From Lophium mytilinum (taxonomy: Eukaryota), in the NCBI GenBank assembly GCA_010093605.1, contig MU004203.1, positions 450,391 to 514,390 of the forward strand: 64,000 bases of DNA. Reading direction: 5' to 3'. The notes under the pieces are model-generated. The model was not told where the DNA came from. It was given only the letters and a program-made list of their open reading frames with translations, and did no database searches. Positions 12,106 through 24,200 of the stretch are shown piece by piece; position 1 is the stretch's first letter, and the number at the start of each line of letters is the position of its first letter. A program made the translations under genes and the position numbers.

Positions 12106-14261
12106 GGTGTTTTTGGTGGGATTAATTGAATCGTAATAGCTGTGACGATTTGGAGGTTGGCGAACCTAAACGGAGAATTGGTTGATCCCTTCGCGTGGTG
12201 AATGCCTTGGTTTGGCGGGGTGGTGTCCGGTATCCCTAGGGCTGAAGTTTGATTTTGGTGAAAGGGTGTATTTCAATAGAAGTACAGGGCGAGACTACAA
12301 TACAACAGGCGGCATGTCGGTACCACGGTGAAGGCGAAGCGGCTCGGACGGGCTCGGGATCAAAATGCAGTAATTGGGCGCGCTGTGTCAGGCTCGTTCC
12401 AAGAATCGCGTTCGGCGGCGGGCTGTTGTGCTGGCCGACAAGCTTTGTGGATGACGATGCCTAGCTATGTGACGAGCGATGAGGGGCGGTCCGGGCAGCT
12501 CCAACCAAGGCGATGCTATTGCGACGACTCTGGCAGCTGGTTTCCACGACGGTAGATGGAGTTGACAGTTGACAGTTGACAGTCTAGCAGGTGGTACACA
12601 ACACATAGCACAAATCCGAGGGGCGTTTCATCTCTCTCTTTGAGACAGCCACATGGGCACGACGAGTGGCTGGGGGAATCAGCAATCCAGCCTGACCTTT
12701 TCACTTTCTCTGACCTCAGCTTCAGCCTCAGCTCTAACGACGCCTCTCAGCGCGAGACGCCGCCATGACTACTGTGCCTATTTTTGATGCCTGCCGCGGT
12801 ACGGACGAGCTGGAGTTGCCATGTTGACATATCCTATCGGCCGAGACACGCTCCTCCGTGACTACCAAAAAGTACCAAGCCGCCGAGATCCGTCTGGCAC
12901 CGTCAGCTGCAGAAAACACGCGACGAAGAAAACTCTCAACTAATAGAAGAGTCGCATGATCCCGGAGAATATCAGAGAACCTTACAACCTGGTCGGTGAT
13001 AATGTCTTCCCGGCTATCATGGCTCTCCATGACGAATACTGCCGGACTTCATCCGTTCATCTTCATTTGCCTCGCATCGAAGAGCCCAGACCAAGCAGTC
13101 CATGTTATTGTGGTATCCAGCTCAGTTTTCTTCAGATGCACTCTCAGGTTCAAGCATGAGGTGTGTTCATCGGCCAATCAGACTTTGATATCTTCTTCCC
13201 AGGTACCAGTGTTGTCTGAGGCCCCATACGCGTGCATCACCACTACCAAGCCTCAGCAACTTAGGCTCCATCAGCTATTTACTTCTTAAATCGCGTCAAC
13301 TACTACCGTCCTCATCTGTTTACACAAGAACTCTATTGCCATGCACTCCGCTAACTCTTTCTGCCTTTCTATCTTCACTCCGAATCACAAGTCTATGAAA
13401 GCATGGGAATTGCAGGATGCGCATTCCTTTACCGTGTCTCAGACATGCATAGACTAGCAGAAACTCCCCAACTGTTGAAATCCAATCTTTTCACAGTGTC
13501 GCCACCGATGGGGGGATGAATTTTGATGGTGTCAGGGCTAATCGTTCTTCGATTGGGACTGATGTTGATGGCCTGTCCGCCCGAACACCCGAAAGGGTGC
13601 CACATCAAACTCCTTCACTGCGCATCATAACTGAACGGCCATGCCCCTGCAGAACGCGTCGTACCTGCATCCAAATTACGTGGGAAGTACTTTTCCAATA
13701 CGCGACGCCGCGTTGCTTGTTGACCATATTAATTGGGCACATATTCTATCTTGGTCGGAACTTCGCTATCCACTACTATCTTCAGTTCTAGTCTCAGGTC
13801 AGTAAACGACGCCGAGTTTCATCAGCCGTGGAATAAATCTACAAGGCCCTCGACGATCTACTCGACCTGGACTAAAGAACCGGGATTGACAATCACGCTT
13901 TGCTGTTTTGAGCACGGAGTGGCATGGAGACCGGGATATTGCAGATTCCCCGCATCAAAGTGGTGATCACATCAAGACAAAACTAAGACCGGAGTTGATT
14001 TTTCTTTGGGGGAATAGCTTTTGGCGGCCGAAGTGTGCATGGTCTGGTAAAGCTTGCCGGATTTCATTTAACCCCAATCTATTTAACCTGGTGCATCCGG
14101 CTTTCGTCCCGGGTCCCTGGAATCAAAGGTGAGGTCTCCAAATCTTTGCGTAGTGTGCCAGAGCCGGTTGCCCTACCTCCTGCTGTGCCTTCCTGTCCTT
14201 ATTACTTTGCGTTCCCGTTCAAACATTCCGCCAGTCTTTACCGTCAGGTCTCACTATCATC

Positions 14262-15440
14262 ATGAAGATTTCGATCTTAGCTGCGGTCATCCTGACACTT
14301 TCTGCCTTCACAGAAGCGCATCCAAAGCCAAATAAACTGTGGCCAGGATGGAAAGGAATTAAGTATTTCTTCGTCTTGTAAGTAGGATTCTCGTATCTAC
14401 GAAGGAACCTCTCTAACAAACTTCAGTGGTGACTCTTATACAACAACAGGCTTTAATATCAGCCTAGCCCAGCCGAATCCAGCAAATCCATTGGGCAACC
14501 CAGACTTCCCGTAAGCTCATTGCATAAAATTGAGATGCGATGCTAATTTGTCGTACAGAGGCTTCACATCTTCAAAGTAAATTCTCAGCGTCGCTCAAGT
14601 GACCCATCTAACGAGCATCTAGCGGACCAAATTGGGTGGACTTTCTCACCCTTACCTACAACTGCAGCTACATCCAAACTTACAATCTTGCCTTCGGCGG
14701 CGCAACCGTCGACTCTGCCCTCGTCACGCCCTATAAACCAACCGTGCTCTCTCTTAAGCAGCAAGTCCAAGACGAATACCTCCCGGCTTACGGCTCCCAC
14801 CCAAAGACCGTCCCATGGGCCTCATTCGACTCGCTCTTCTCCATTTTCATCGGCATCAATGACGTCGGGAATTCGTACTCTGCGCAAAACGCCTCGCTGT
14901 ACCCGATTATCTTCAAGGAATACGAAGGTCTCGTCAAACAGGTATACAGACCCGCACACTACCACCTGTTAAATGCTCCAACTAACTGGAAAATAGTTGT
15001 ACACGACGGGCGCCCGCAACTTCCTCTTCCTCACAGTGCCCCCGGTTCACCGCTCCCCACTCACTCTCGCCACAGACCCGGCCTCCCAGCTTCTCGAGAA
15101 ACACGCCATAGCCGATTTCAACGCGCGCATCACGCACCTCGCCTCCTCCCTCCGCTCTACGCATGCTGACGCGACCGTGTTCGTTTACGATACCTACTCT
15201 CTCTTCAACAAAGTGCTAGATAACCCGAAATCCCTGCCCCAAACCAAGGGGTACAAGAACACGACAGCGTACTGCGATGCATACGCGAACGGCACGCCGG
15301 AGTGGGACTCCTTCAATGCGACGTGTGGGATTCCGGTGAATGAGTATTTCTGGCTGAACAGTTTGCATCCGACGTATCCGATGCACGATGCTATCGCGGC
15401 GGCGATCGTGAAATTGATTGATCCGAAGTCTTGGTGGTGA
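14262..15440 (+). CDS. Secreted SGNH/GDSL acetylesterase (CE16-like), 5 exons including an 18-nt microexon
   Basis: Signal peptide MKISILAAVILTLSAFTEA; spliced FGDSY; GPNWVDFL, YNLAFGGATVD, IGINDVG and WLNSLHPT. Microexon 14559-14576. Confidence 0.88.
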
Positions 15441-16648
15441 GGGCGGATATGGGGGCAGGGGGTAGGTTGCGCATTTACAGTCTCGAAGTGCATCGGACTG
15501 TTTACCTCCGAAAAACTGGGGTGCGCTCGTAAAGGAGGGAAGGGCTTGATTACTGTGGTAGTAGATACGAGAATTTAGTGGTTATCGAGCATTGGTCTCT
15601 TCCGCATGGCTGCTGTCACTATTTCTCCCTTCCTACACCAATCGCAGATGTATTCACGTGCTACGAGTCTTGGACAATTCGATCCCCATTTTTGTCAACG
15701 CCTCACGAGGACTCTAGACGAAGCCGTCCACCTAGCACCAACAAAACTCTATTACAACACGTATCCCTACACAAGTTGGGGTCAACTCACGATTGCCAAG
15801 CCTAGGTGTACAGTACCGTGCTGAGCTGTACAGAACGCTCGTTGTACGTCTCATCACGGAAGGCTGACTTGAAGCCTCTGATTGGCTTCCCAATCGTGGA
15901 CCCAAAAGAATGTGCCAAGGGATAGCTTTGGTGTCGAACAAGATGTATCTTATTTATCTACAGGACGATTAAAATGATACAGCATTGTGACGCTGCCTTG
16001 CCGTACACATCCGTAGACTTTCCAGTCACTTATAGTCTGTGCACGCTGCTGACGCTGTCTGGGGTTCGCTCGCAAGTGGTAAGCTGTGCAGAATGCTTTT
16101 AATCGGAATGCCGAAAATACTGCGAGGCTCTTCAGGCAGTGGTAGATGAGTGTAAGGATATCTAAAACAAGCAATTGCCGCGACATCTGTAGAAATGTTG
16201 AAAGAGAGACCTGGAAAGATGTGTTTGGATACCCCCAACATCAGCAATTTAGGCACATAGGTAAGATTATGGAAATAGAAGACTCCTACTCTTGCCGTCG
16301 AGTGAAGGCTGCTAATGTCTCGCGATTTGTTGTTAAGCCTGACATATTGCGTGAAGTTACACGTCAGAATTGTGAGTCGATCCAACCACGTCGTAGCCTA
16401 GCGATAATTTTTCGCGGGGGTTTTGCGCCCGCCACCCCCGCCACGGCCGGGAGGGGTGCTGTGACGAAATAATGGGCGTAGAAAGGCAGTTTGTGTCCGC
16501 GTTGAGGGCGGCAGGGCGGCCGGGCACACTGAAACTGGCAAAGCTAACGCAGGCCAGCAAAGAGCCTTCGCTGGGTTTGCGTAAACTGTACTCCGTAACC
16601 TTGGTAGGCTGCAGTTGCCAGCCCCGCCGTGGCCGCCAGCCAGCTGCG

Positions 16649-16703
16649 AGAAACTGCTGGAAGGTTGTAGTTCGGTGCTCGGACCACGCAGAACATTCTA
16701 GCA
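16649..16703 (+). promoter_or_regulatory. Heat-shock-element-like nGAAn arrays upstream of HSP70
   Basis: GAAacTGCtgGAA at 16650 and GAAcaTTCtaGCA at 16691, about 200 bp upstream of the HSP70 ATG. Confidence 0.6.
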
Positions 16704-16893
16704 ACAACTATCGAAAACCCACAAAGTATTCAAAAGGCCGCCTTCTTTCCCCCTCCGTCTTTCTTTCACACACTTCTCTCACCTGCACTTTACACACAAG
16801 GCTCGACTTTTGCAGAGCATACACCGCACACACAACCACTTTTGATACCCGAACCCTTCTTTATCCTCGAGTCCACTCTACACAACCGCAACT

Positions 16894-17864
16894 ATGGCCC
16901 CAGCTATCGGCATCGATTTGGGCACCACCTACTCGTGCGTGGGCATCTTCCGTGATGACCGCATCGAAATCATTGCAAAGTAAGCTTCCCCATCCCACTG
17001 ATCCTCTCCCCTCATGCGCATGTACTGACTCTCTGTAGTGACCAGGGAAACCGCACCACCCCGTCGTTCGTCGCCTTCACTGACACCGAGCGTCTGATCG
17101 GTGACTCGGCGAAGAACCAAGTCGCTATGAACCCCACAAACACCGTCTTCGACGCAAAGCGCCTGATCGGCCGCAAGTTCGCCGACCAAGAGGTGCAAGC
17201 CGACATGAAGCACTTTCCTTTCAAGATCATCGACAAGGGCGGCAAGCCTGTTGTCGAGGTTGAGTTCAAGGGCGAGAACAAGACATTCACCCCCGAGGAG
17301 ATCTCGTCCATGATCCTCACCAAGATGAGGGAAACCGCCGAGTCGTATCTCGGAGGTACCGTCAACAACGCCGTCGTCACAGTCCCCGCCTACTTCAACG
17401 ACTCGCAGCGACAAGCCACCAAGGATGCCGGTCTCATTGCTGGCCTCAACGTTCTTCGAATCATCAACGAGCCGACTGCCGCAGCTATTGCCTACGGTCT
17501 GGACAAGAAGACCGTCGGCGAGAGGAACGTCCTCATCTTCGATTTGGGAGGAGGAACTTTCGATGTCTCTCTCCTTACCATCGAGGAGGGCATCTTCGAG
17601 GTCAAGTCGACCGCTGGTGACACACATTTGGGTGGTGAGGACTTCGACAACCGTCTGGTCAACCACTTCGTAAATGAGTTCAAACGAAAGCACAAGAAGC
17701 AAGTCGATCCCCGATTCCCCTACTGAATACATTGCTAACCAATTTCTAGGGACCTGACCTCCAACGCTCGTGCTCTCCGTCGTCTCCGCACTGCCTGCGA
17801 GCGGGCTAAGCGCACCCTTTCCTCTTCTGCTCAGACCTCCATCGAAATCGACTCCCTGTTCGAG

Positions 17865-17896
<32 letters not shown>

Positions 17897-18968
17897 CCGT
17901 TTCGAGGAGCTTTGCCAGGACCTCTTCCGCTCCACCATGGAGCCCGTGGAGCGTGTCCTCCGCGACGCCAAGATCGACAAGAGCTCCGTTCACGAGATCG
18001 TCCTCGTCGGTGGCTCTACCCGTATCCCCAAGATCCAGAAGATGGTCTCCGATTTCTTCAACGGCAAGGAGCCCAACAAGTCCATCAACCCCGACGAGGC
18101 TGTTGCCTACGGTGCTGCCGTGCAGGCCGCTATCCTTTCCGGCGACACCAGCTCCAAGTCGACGAGCGAGATCCTCCTGCTTGACGTCGCGCCGCTGTCC
18201 ATCGGTATTGAGACCGCTGGTGGTGTCATGACTCCTCTCATCAAGCGCAACACCACCATCCCCACCAAGAAGTCGGAAGTCTTCTCCACCTTCTCCGACA
18301 ACCAGCCCGGTGTGCTCATCCAGGTCTACGAGGGTGAGCGTGCCCGGACGAAGGACAACAACCTGCTGGGCAAGTTCGAGTTGACTGGCATCCCACCAGC
18401 GCCCCGTGGTGTTCCCCAAATCGAGGTCACCTTCGATGTGGACGCCAACGGCATCATCAACGTCTCCGCTCTCGAGAAGGGAACCGGCAAGACCAACAAG
18501 ATTGTCATCACCAACGACAAGGGCCGCCTCAGCAAGGAGGAAATCGAGAGGATGTTGGCGGAAGCCGAGAAGTACAAGGCTGAGGACGAGGCTGAGGCCG
18601 GTCGCATCGCCGCCAAGAACGCCCTCGAGAGCTACGCCTACTCGCTCCGAAACACCATGTCGGACAGCAAGGTCGACGAGAAGCTCGACGCCGGCGACAA
18701 GGAGAAGCTCAAGTCTGCCATCGACGGCACCGTCACATGGCTAGACGACAACCAGACCGCCACCAAGGAGGAGTACGAGAGCCAACAGAAGGAGTTGGAG
18801 TCCGTCGCCAACCCCATCATGATGAAGTTCTACGGCCAAGGCGGAGAGGGCGGTGGAATGCCCGGTATGGGCGGCATGCCCGGCGGACCCGGTGGCTTCC
18901 CAGGAGCCGGCGGTGCCCCAGGAGGTGCTGGTCACGATGACGGCCCTACCGTAGAGGAGGTTGACTAA
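16894..18968 (+). CDS. hsp70: Cytosolic heat shock protein 70 (SSA type), 3 exons
   Basis: [40 protein letters not shown] and C-terminal GPTVEEVD. Introns 16980-17038 (GT-AG) and 17699-17749 (GC-AG). Confidence 0.98.
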
Positions 18969-19739
18969 ACTGTCGGTCTTCACTGAGATATCTCTTTGGT
19001 CGATTCTTCTTCTGCATAGGTAGATTTCCTGGGTGGGTCTCGGAGTTCGGAAGAGCCTGCCATACCTTTTTCCTTTCTTGCATTTCCTCTGTTCTACCAT
19101 GACGATTATCATGAGGGTGGAAAAGTCTGCAAGGGATGTACTCTACAGTAATGATCAGAGATGCATTCAATGAACAACAAATTATATAACTTCTGGTTCT
19201 CAATATGCAAGTGACTGTGATCGGGATTTTATATGCATCTGCCTAAAGTGAAAATACAGATTTCGGAAACGTGCGATTGCCAGGTCATGAAAGGCGTTTA
19301 CCTTATACTACATTACAACCGTACAACCGTACATCCCATCGCTTCAGTGTGTACACAGTGTTTGCCACCGCTTGGGGTGCTTCAAAGCCTTTTCAAAGAT
19401 CTGAACAAGATGAAAGTGCTTCACCTAGGTCAGTTCGAGAAGTCGTTAAAGCGCTCCAAGCACTCGCAAACAGATGTATACCCAATATGCCTTTTGATGT
19501 GTGCCACTTGCCCTAGCTCCATGCCGTTGTATTGTACAAACAGAGCTGCTCCACCCCATCACCCACGCTTGTTCTATATCGCTGGACCCATAGCTCTAAC
19601 ACCGTCTGAGGCGGCCCAGATCGCTATCAGGCTTGCCCAAACTCTTGCTCTACGGGGTTCAACAATGCATCAAAGGCCCTCCAGCAGTGCTAGCCAAATG
19701 TATGCACAAGCGTCCGCAGAGCATGCCAGTATCCAACCC

Positions 19740-20378
19740 CTACACCTCCCCCAACGCCTCACTAAACGCCCCGACCACCGGCTCCCCCCTCACCTCCCAC
19801 ACATCCTCACTACTCCGCCCCGCCTTAACCCGCGCCGCCTTCTCCCGATAATGCTCCTGCACCTTGCGCGCCCGCTCCTCCGCGCCGAGGCTCTTGCTCC
19901 GCATGCAGAACCAGAAGCTGGCCCAGTGCTCGCTGCAGCTGCGCAGCTCGCCGTAGCGGTAGATGTCGTTGAACTTGCCGCCGAGCGATTGGCAGTAGAA
20001 GGCGCTGTCGAAGGCCGCGCTGCAGGACATGGTCGAGGGGTAGAGGGAGTCTGGCGACGGGGATTCGGGGGAGGTGGGGTGGAATTTGAGTTTGGAGAGT
20101 TGGCCGGGGGTCGAGTCCGGGGAGGGGTGGCTGTTTGGTGGGTGGGGGGTTGAGGAGGTGGTGGAGAGTTCGGCGAGGAAGGCTTCGAGGTCGGCGTCGG
20201 CTTGTTCGTCGCGCGTGAGGGTGCGGGGTTTTTGGGGTGCGGGTGCTGGAGGGGGAGGTGGAGGAGGCGTTGATGGGAGTTGTGAGGGCGGTGGAGGCTG
20301 TGAGGGTAGGGTTTCAGATGTGGAATCGGAGGGTTTGGAGGGTGGGGAGGAGGGCGTGGAGCTCCATAGCCAGCCCAT
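19740..20378 (-). CDS. EMI1: Emi1/DUF3128-family twin CX9C protein
   Basis: Likely start MGWLWS. MSCSAAFDSAFYCQSLGGKFNDIYRYGELRSCSEHWASFWFCMR contains two CX9C motifs; also SSEDVWEVR. Confidence 0.8.
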   Translation of the reverse strand: MGWLWSSTPSSPPSKPSDSTSETLPSQPPPPSQLPSTPPPPPPPAPAPQKPRTLTRDEQADADLEAFLAELSTTSSTPHPPNSHPSPDSTPGQLSKLKFHPTSPESPSPDSLYPSTMSCSAAFDSAFYCQSLGGKFNDIYRYGELRSCSEHWASFWFCMRSKSLGAEERARKVQEHYREKAARVKAGRSSEDVWEVRGEPVVGAFSEALGEV

Positions 20379-21249
20379 TGTGAGGTCTGTTTGATGGGTT
20401 TGGAGATGAGATATGAAACGTGGGGGTAGACGGTCGATTGGAATGAGAGTTGGATAGTTTGGGGGTGGCGCGAATGCGGGGAGTGGTGTGCAGAAATTAT
20501 TGTTTGAGGCGCGATTTGAAAGTTCGCGATCGCGAGAAGACGAATGCCAAGAGATTTTCATTCCGGCCAACCACAATATAGCAATTGTTGGGGGCTCTGA
20601 ATCCAAAGAGATGGATAACCTATATATCTCCTACGGTATACCCGGGTAGAGCTAAAGTTCCACTGCTTGCGCTTGTAACCAAATTAAGTCTTCCATGAAG
20701 AGGTACACTCAAGACCGAACGTAAATGGCCATAAGTTAAGACTGAACATCCCAAGTGGCCCTGTAGTCAGTATCGTTATCTTAGATCCGAGCTGAATCCG
20801 GTAGAGGTATCCTATCACGCTATCGAAAGAGTGAGAGGGAGAAAGTGTAGTACGATCATCCACGTGACTAAAAACGCGGGACGAAAACACCGACGTCACT
20901 TTACTTGCCTATTTCAAGATTAGAGAAAGCTGCCTCGAGCATCCTCTCACCACCAAGGGTGTCTCTGACGCGTACCCTCTTGCCACTTGTTTCTCTAGCG
21001 GTCTCCTTCATTCCATTCTGATCGTGTCCTTATTCTATTGACTCGTTCGGAACGATTTGTGGCACAGGGAGGCGCGGGAAGCAAGCAACGCCCCGCAACG
21101 TGTTTACTCCCCATCCACAAACCACACGACCTTTTCACGACGCCCTCTCGAACGTCCCTTATGAAGTCACGAAGGTCAACGACGTGACGGCCCTTCGAAT
21201 CCCTATTCCCCTCTCGCCCCGGCCCGGGTAACGGCCACCCCTCTGCACG

Positions 21250-24200
21250 ATGCTTGAGGGACTCGTCGCCAACCTGCTCAACCGCTTTCTGGGCATGTAT
21301 GTTCAGAATTTCGACCCTAAACAGCTGAACGTTGGGATATGGTCTGGAGATGTCAAACTACGCAATCTAGAACTCCGCCGCGAGGCTCTGGACCAGCTCC
21401 ATCTCCCGCTGAACGTCGTCGAAGGACACCTCGGTTCACTCACACTATCAATTCCTTGGTCAAACTTAAGAGGCAAACCACTCAAGGTCAATATCGAGGA
21501 TGTCTACCTTCTGGCAGCGCCGAAGGAAGACGCGGAATATGACGTGGAGGAAGAAGAGCGGCGAGCGCACGCTGTGAAGATGGAGAAGCTTGATAGTGCG
21601 GAGCTATTGAAGGAGAGAAACACCGAGGGCATGAGCCAGGAAGAACAGCAAAAGAACCAAAGTTTCACAGCTAGTATGGTTACTGCTATCGTTGACAATG
21701 TCCAGGTCAGTATCAAGAACATCCACATCCGATACGAGGATTCCATCTCGGACCCCGGCCACCCCTTCGCTCTGGGTATCACCCTCGAGGAGTTCAGCGC
21801 TGTCAGCACCGACGGAAACTGGACCCCGACATTCATACAAGGCTCGTCGAGCTCAACACACAAGCTTGCAACCCTCGGGTCGCTTGCGGTATACTGGGAC
21901 ACAGATACGACGCTCTTGGGCACTGGAAAAGGAAGCCAGGACAAGGACGAGCAAGGCGTTGATCACAGTGATTTCATCGAGAAGTTCCGCGATATGATTG
22001 TTAGGAGCGACAATCCTAAGGTCGGAGACCATCAATTCATCTTGAAGCCTGTTAGCGGACGTGCAGGGCTGGAGATGGACAAGACTGGCAAATCGGACAG
22101 GCCAAAGATGAAGGCTCGCCTGTTATTCGACGAGCTCGGGTTCATCATCGATGAAGATCAGTACCGAGACGCCCTAATGCTTGTGGATCTTTTCCATTAC
22201 TTTATCAGACACCAAGAATACAAGAAGTTTCAACCCAAATCGTCTCCCAAAGAAGACCCTGAAGGCTGGCTGCGGTTTGCTGGAAAGGCTGTCCTCGATA
22301 AAATCCATGACAAGAACCGAAAGTGGAGCTGGGACTACTTCAAGGAGCGTCGAGATGATCGAGTGCGCTACATCGAGCTCTTCAAGAAGAAGAAAAAGGA
22401 AGAGAAGTTGACGCCTGCGGAGATTGAAGAGGAGGACAAACTAGAGAGGAAGCTGACTTACGAAGACCTTCGTTTCTGGCGCTCTCTAGCCCGCAACCAA
22501 CTCCGCAAAGAGAATATCGGCGTCAAGAAACCGCCCCCTAAACAAACGTGGACCCAATGGGCGTGGGGATCCAAACCTCAAGAGCAGGCCGAGGACGATA
22601 CTCAAATGTCCGAGCAACAACGAAAAGAGCTTTACGATGCAATTGATTGGGACGAAAAGAAGAACATCACAGAAGCTGTGGATATGCCAAAAGAGTATGT
22701 TCGGATGGAAGTCAATTTGAGTCTGAGGACTGGCAGCTTTACTCTCAAGAGAGATCCACATGGAAAAAAAACTGAGATTCTGCGGCTGCTGTTTGATTCT
22801 TTCACTACTACGTTCTTGAAGAGGACTGACTCCATGTTCGCTAAAGTCAGCCTTGAGGGAATGAGACTGTACGATGGAACAACCGAGGGCAGCCTCTTTC
22901 CGCAGATCATCACCATCAAAGACGCTCCTCCAATTCCAGACGAGAAGCGTTTCGAGGAACTCAATGACGACGAAACTATGAAAGAGGATGGCGAGGGCGA
23001 GGAAGAAGCTGAAGATCCATTCTTTCAGCTGTCTTTCGAGCAAAACCCTCTTGATGGTAGCGCCGACACTGCTCTTACTATGAAGCTCAAGGGGATGGAA
23101 ATCGTTTACAACCCAATCTTCGTTGTGGAAGTAGCCAAGTTTTTCAAGCCTCCAGAACGACATATGGAGTCTATTGGTGCCCTCATGGAGACTGCTGGTG
23201 CGACAGTAGAAGGTCTCCGACAGCAGACTCGTGCTGGTCTGGAATTTGCACTCACCGAACACAAGACTATCAATGCCCAATTGGATCTTCAAGCACCTCT
23301 AATCATAGTCCCTGATTCCGTCACCGAGAGCTCAAGCATATGTCTCATATTGGACGCAGGTCACGCCAGCGTGACTAGCGAGCTAGTCGACAAAGACACT
23401 ATCCGAGATATCCAGTCGAAACAAAAGCAGCAATACACCGAAGAGGACTTCAAACGACTAGAGGGGTTGATGTACGACAAGTTTTTGTTGAAGCTGGAGT
23501 CTACTCAAGTCCTAATAGGCACTTCCATCGACGAGACTCGTGCCCAGTTGGACGACAATTCGGCTTCCAAAGATCTTCACATTATTGACCGTATCAATAT
23601 GGACTTCAAGATCGAGATTTGTATCGTTCCCAAAGCGTCAGACCTAACCAAATTCCGGATATCCGGCAACCTCCCAGTGCTTCATGCCTCGGTGTCTGAC
23701 GCGAAATATAAGAACATCATGAAGCTCATAGACGTAGCTATTCCCAAATTCGACGATGATGAGCCAACCAAAGAGGTCCTTGATGGAGCCAAGGGACCAT
23801 CGAATCTCAAACCTACAAGCCAAGGGCGGGACGAAGGACCATTGGGTCGCGCGAGGTCAAAGTCTTTCCAATTTGCAGCTCAAGAGCATGCGCTCGTCAT
23901 GGACGAGGAGGGCGATGGTTCTGGCGACGAAAAGTTCGAGAAAGCGACCGAGAGCAAGTCTCCTGCCGAAGCTGCTTCTCACCAGCGGAACTTCGAATTC
24001 AACTTCACTGTGGACAAGCTCCAAGGCTCCTTGTATAGATCTGACCCCGAAGGGAAAAAGCCAGATCAGCTACTGGTCGAGCTCATTGCGGAACACTTTT
24101 TTCTGGAGTTTTACCAAGCACCCTTCGAAATGGCTGCCGAAGTTCGCCTCAAAACTCTTGCCGTGGAAGATCATGTCGAGGAAAATCCTCTCCCTGAATT

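Noticed and set aside
12561..12584. (GTTGACA)3 short repeat upstream of OSH3
   Set aside because: Too short to distinguish from ordinary slippage.
16929..18419. 496-aa antisense ORF over HSP70
   Set aside because: Long antisense frames are a well-known by-product of hsp70/dnaK codon bias. There is no independent coding evidence.
19233..20153. 306-aa ORF antisense to EMI1
   Set aside because: It overlaps the conserved minus-strand gene and has no recognisable motifs.
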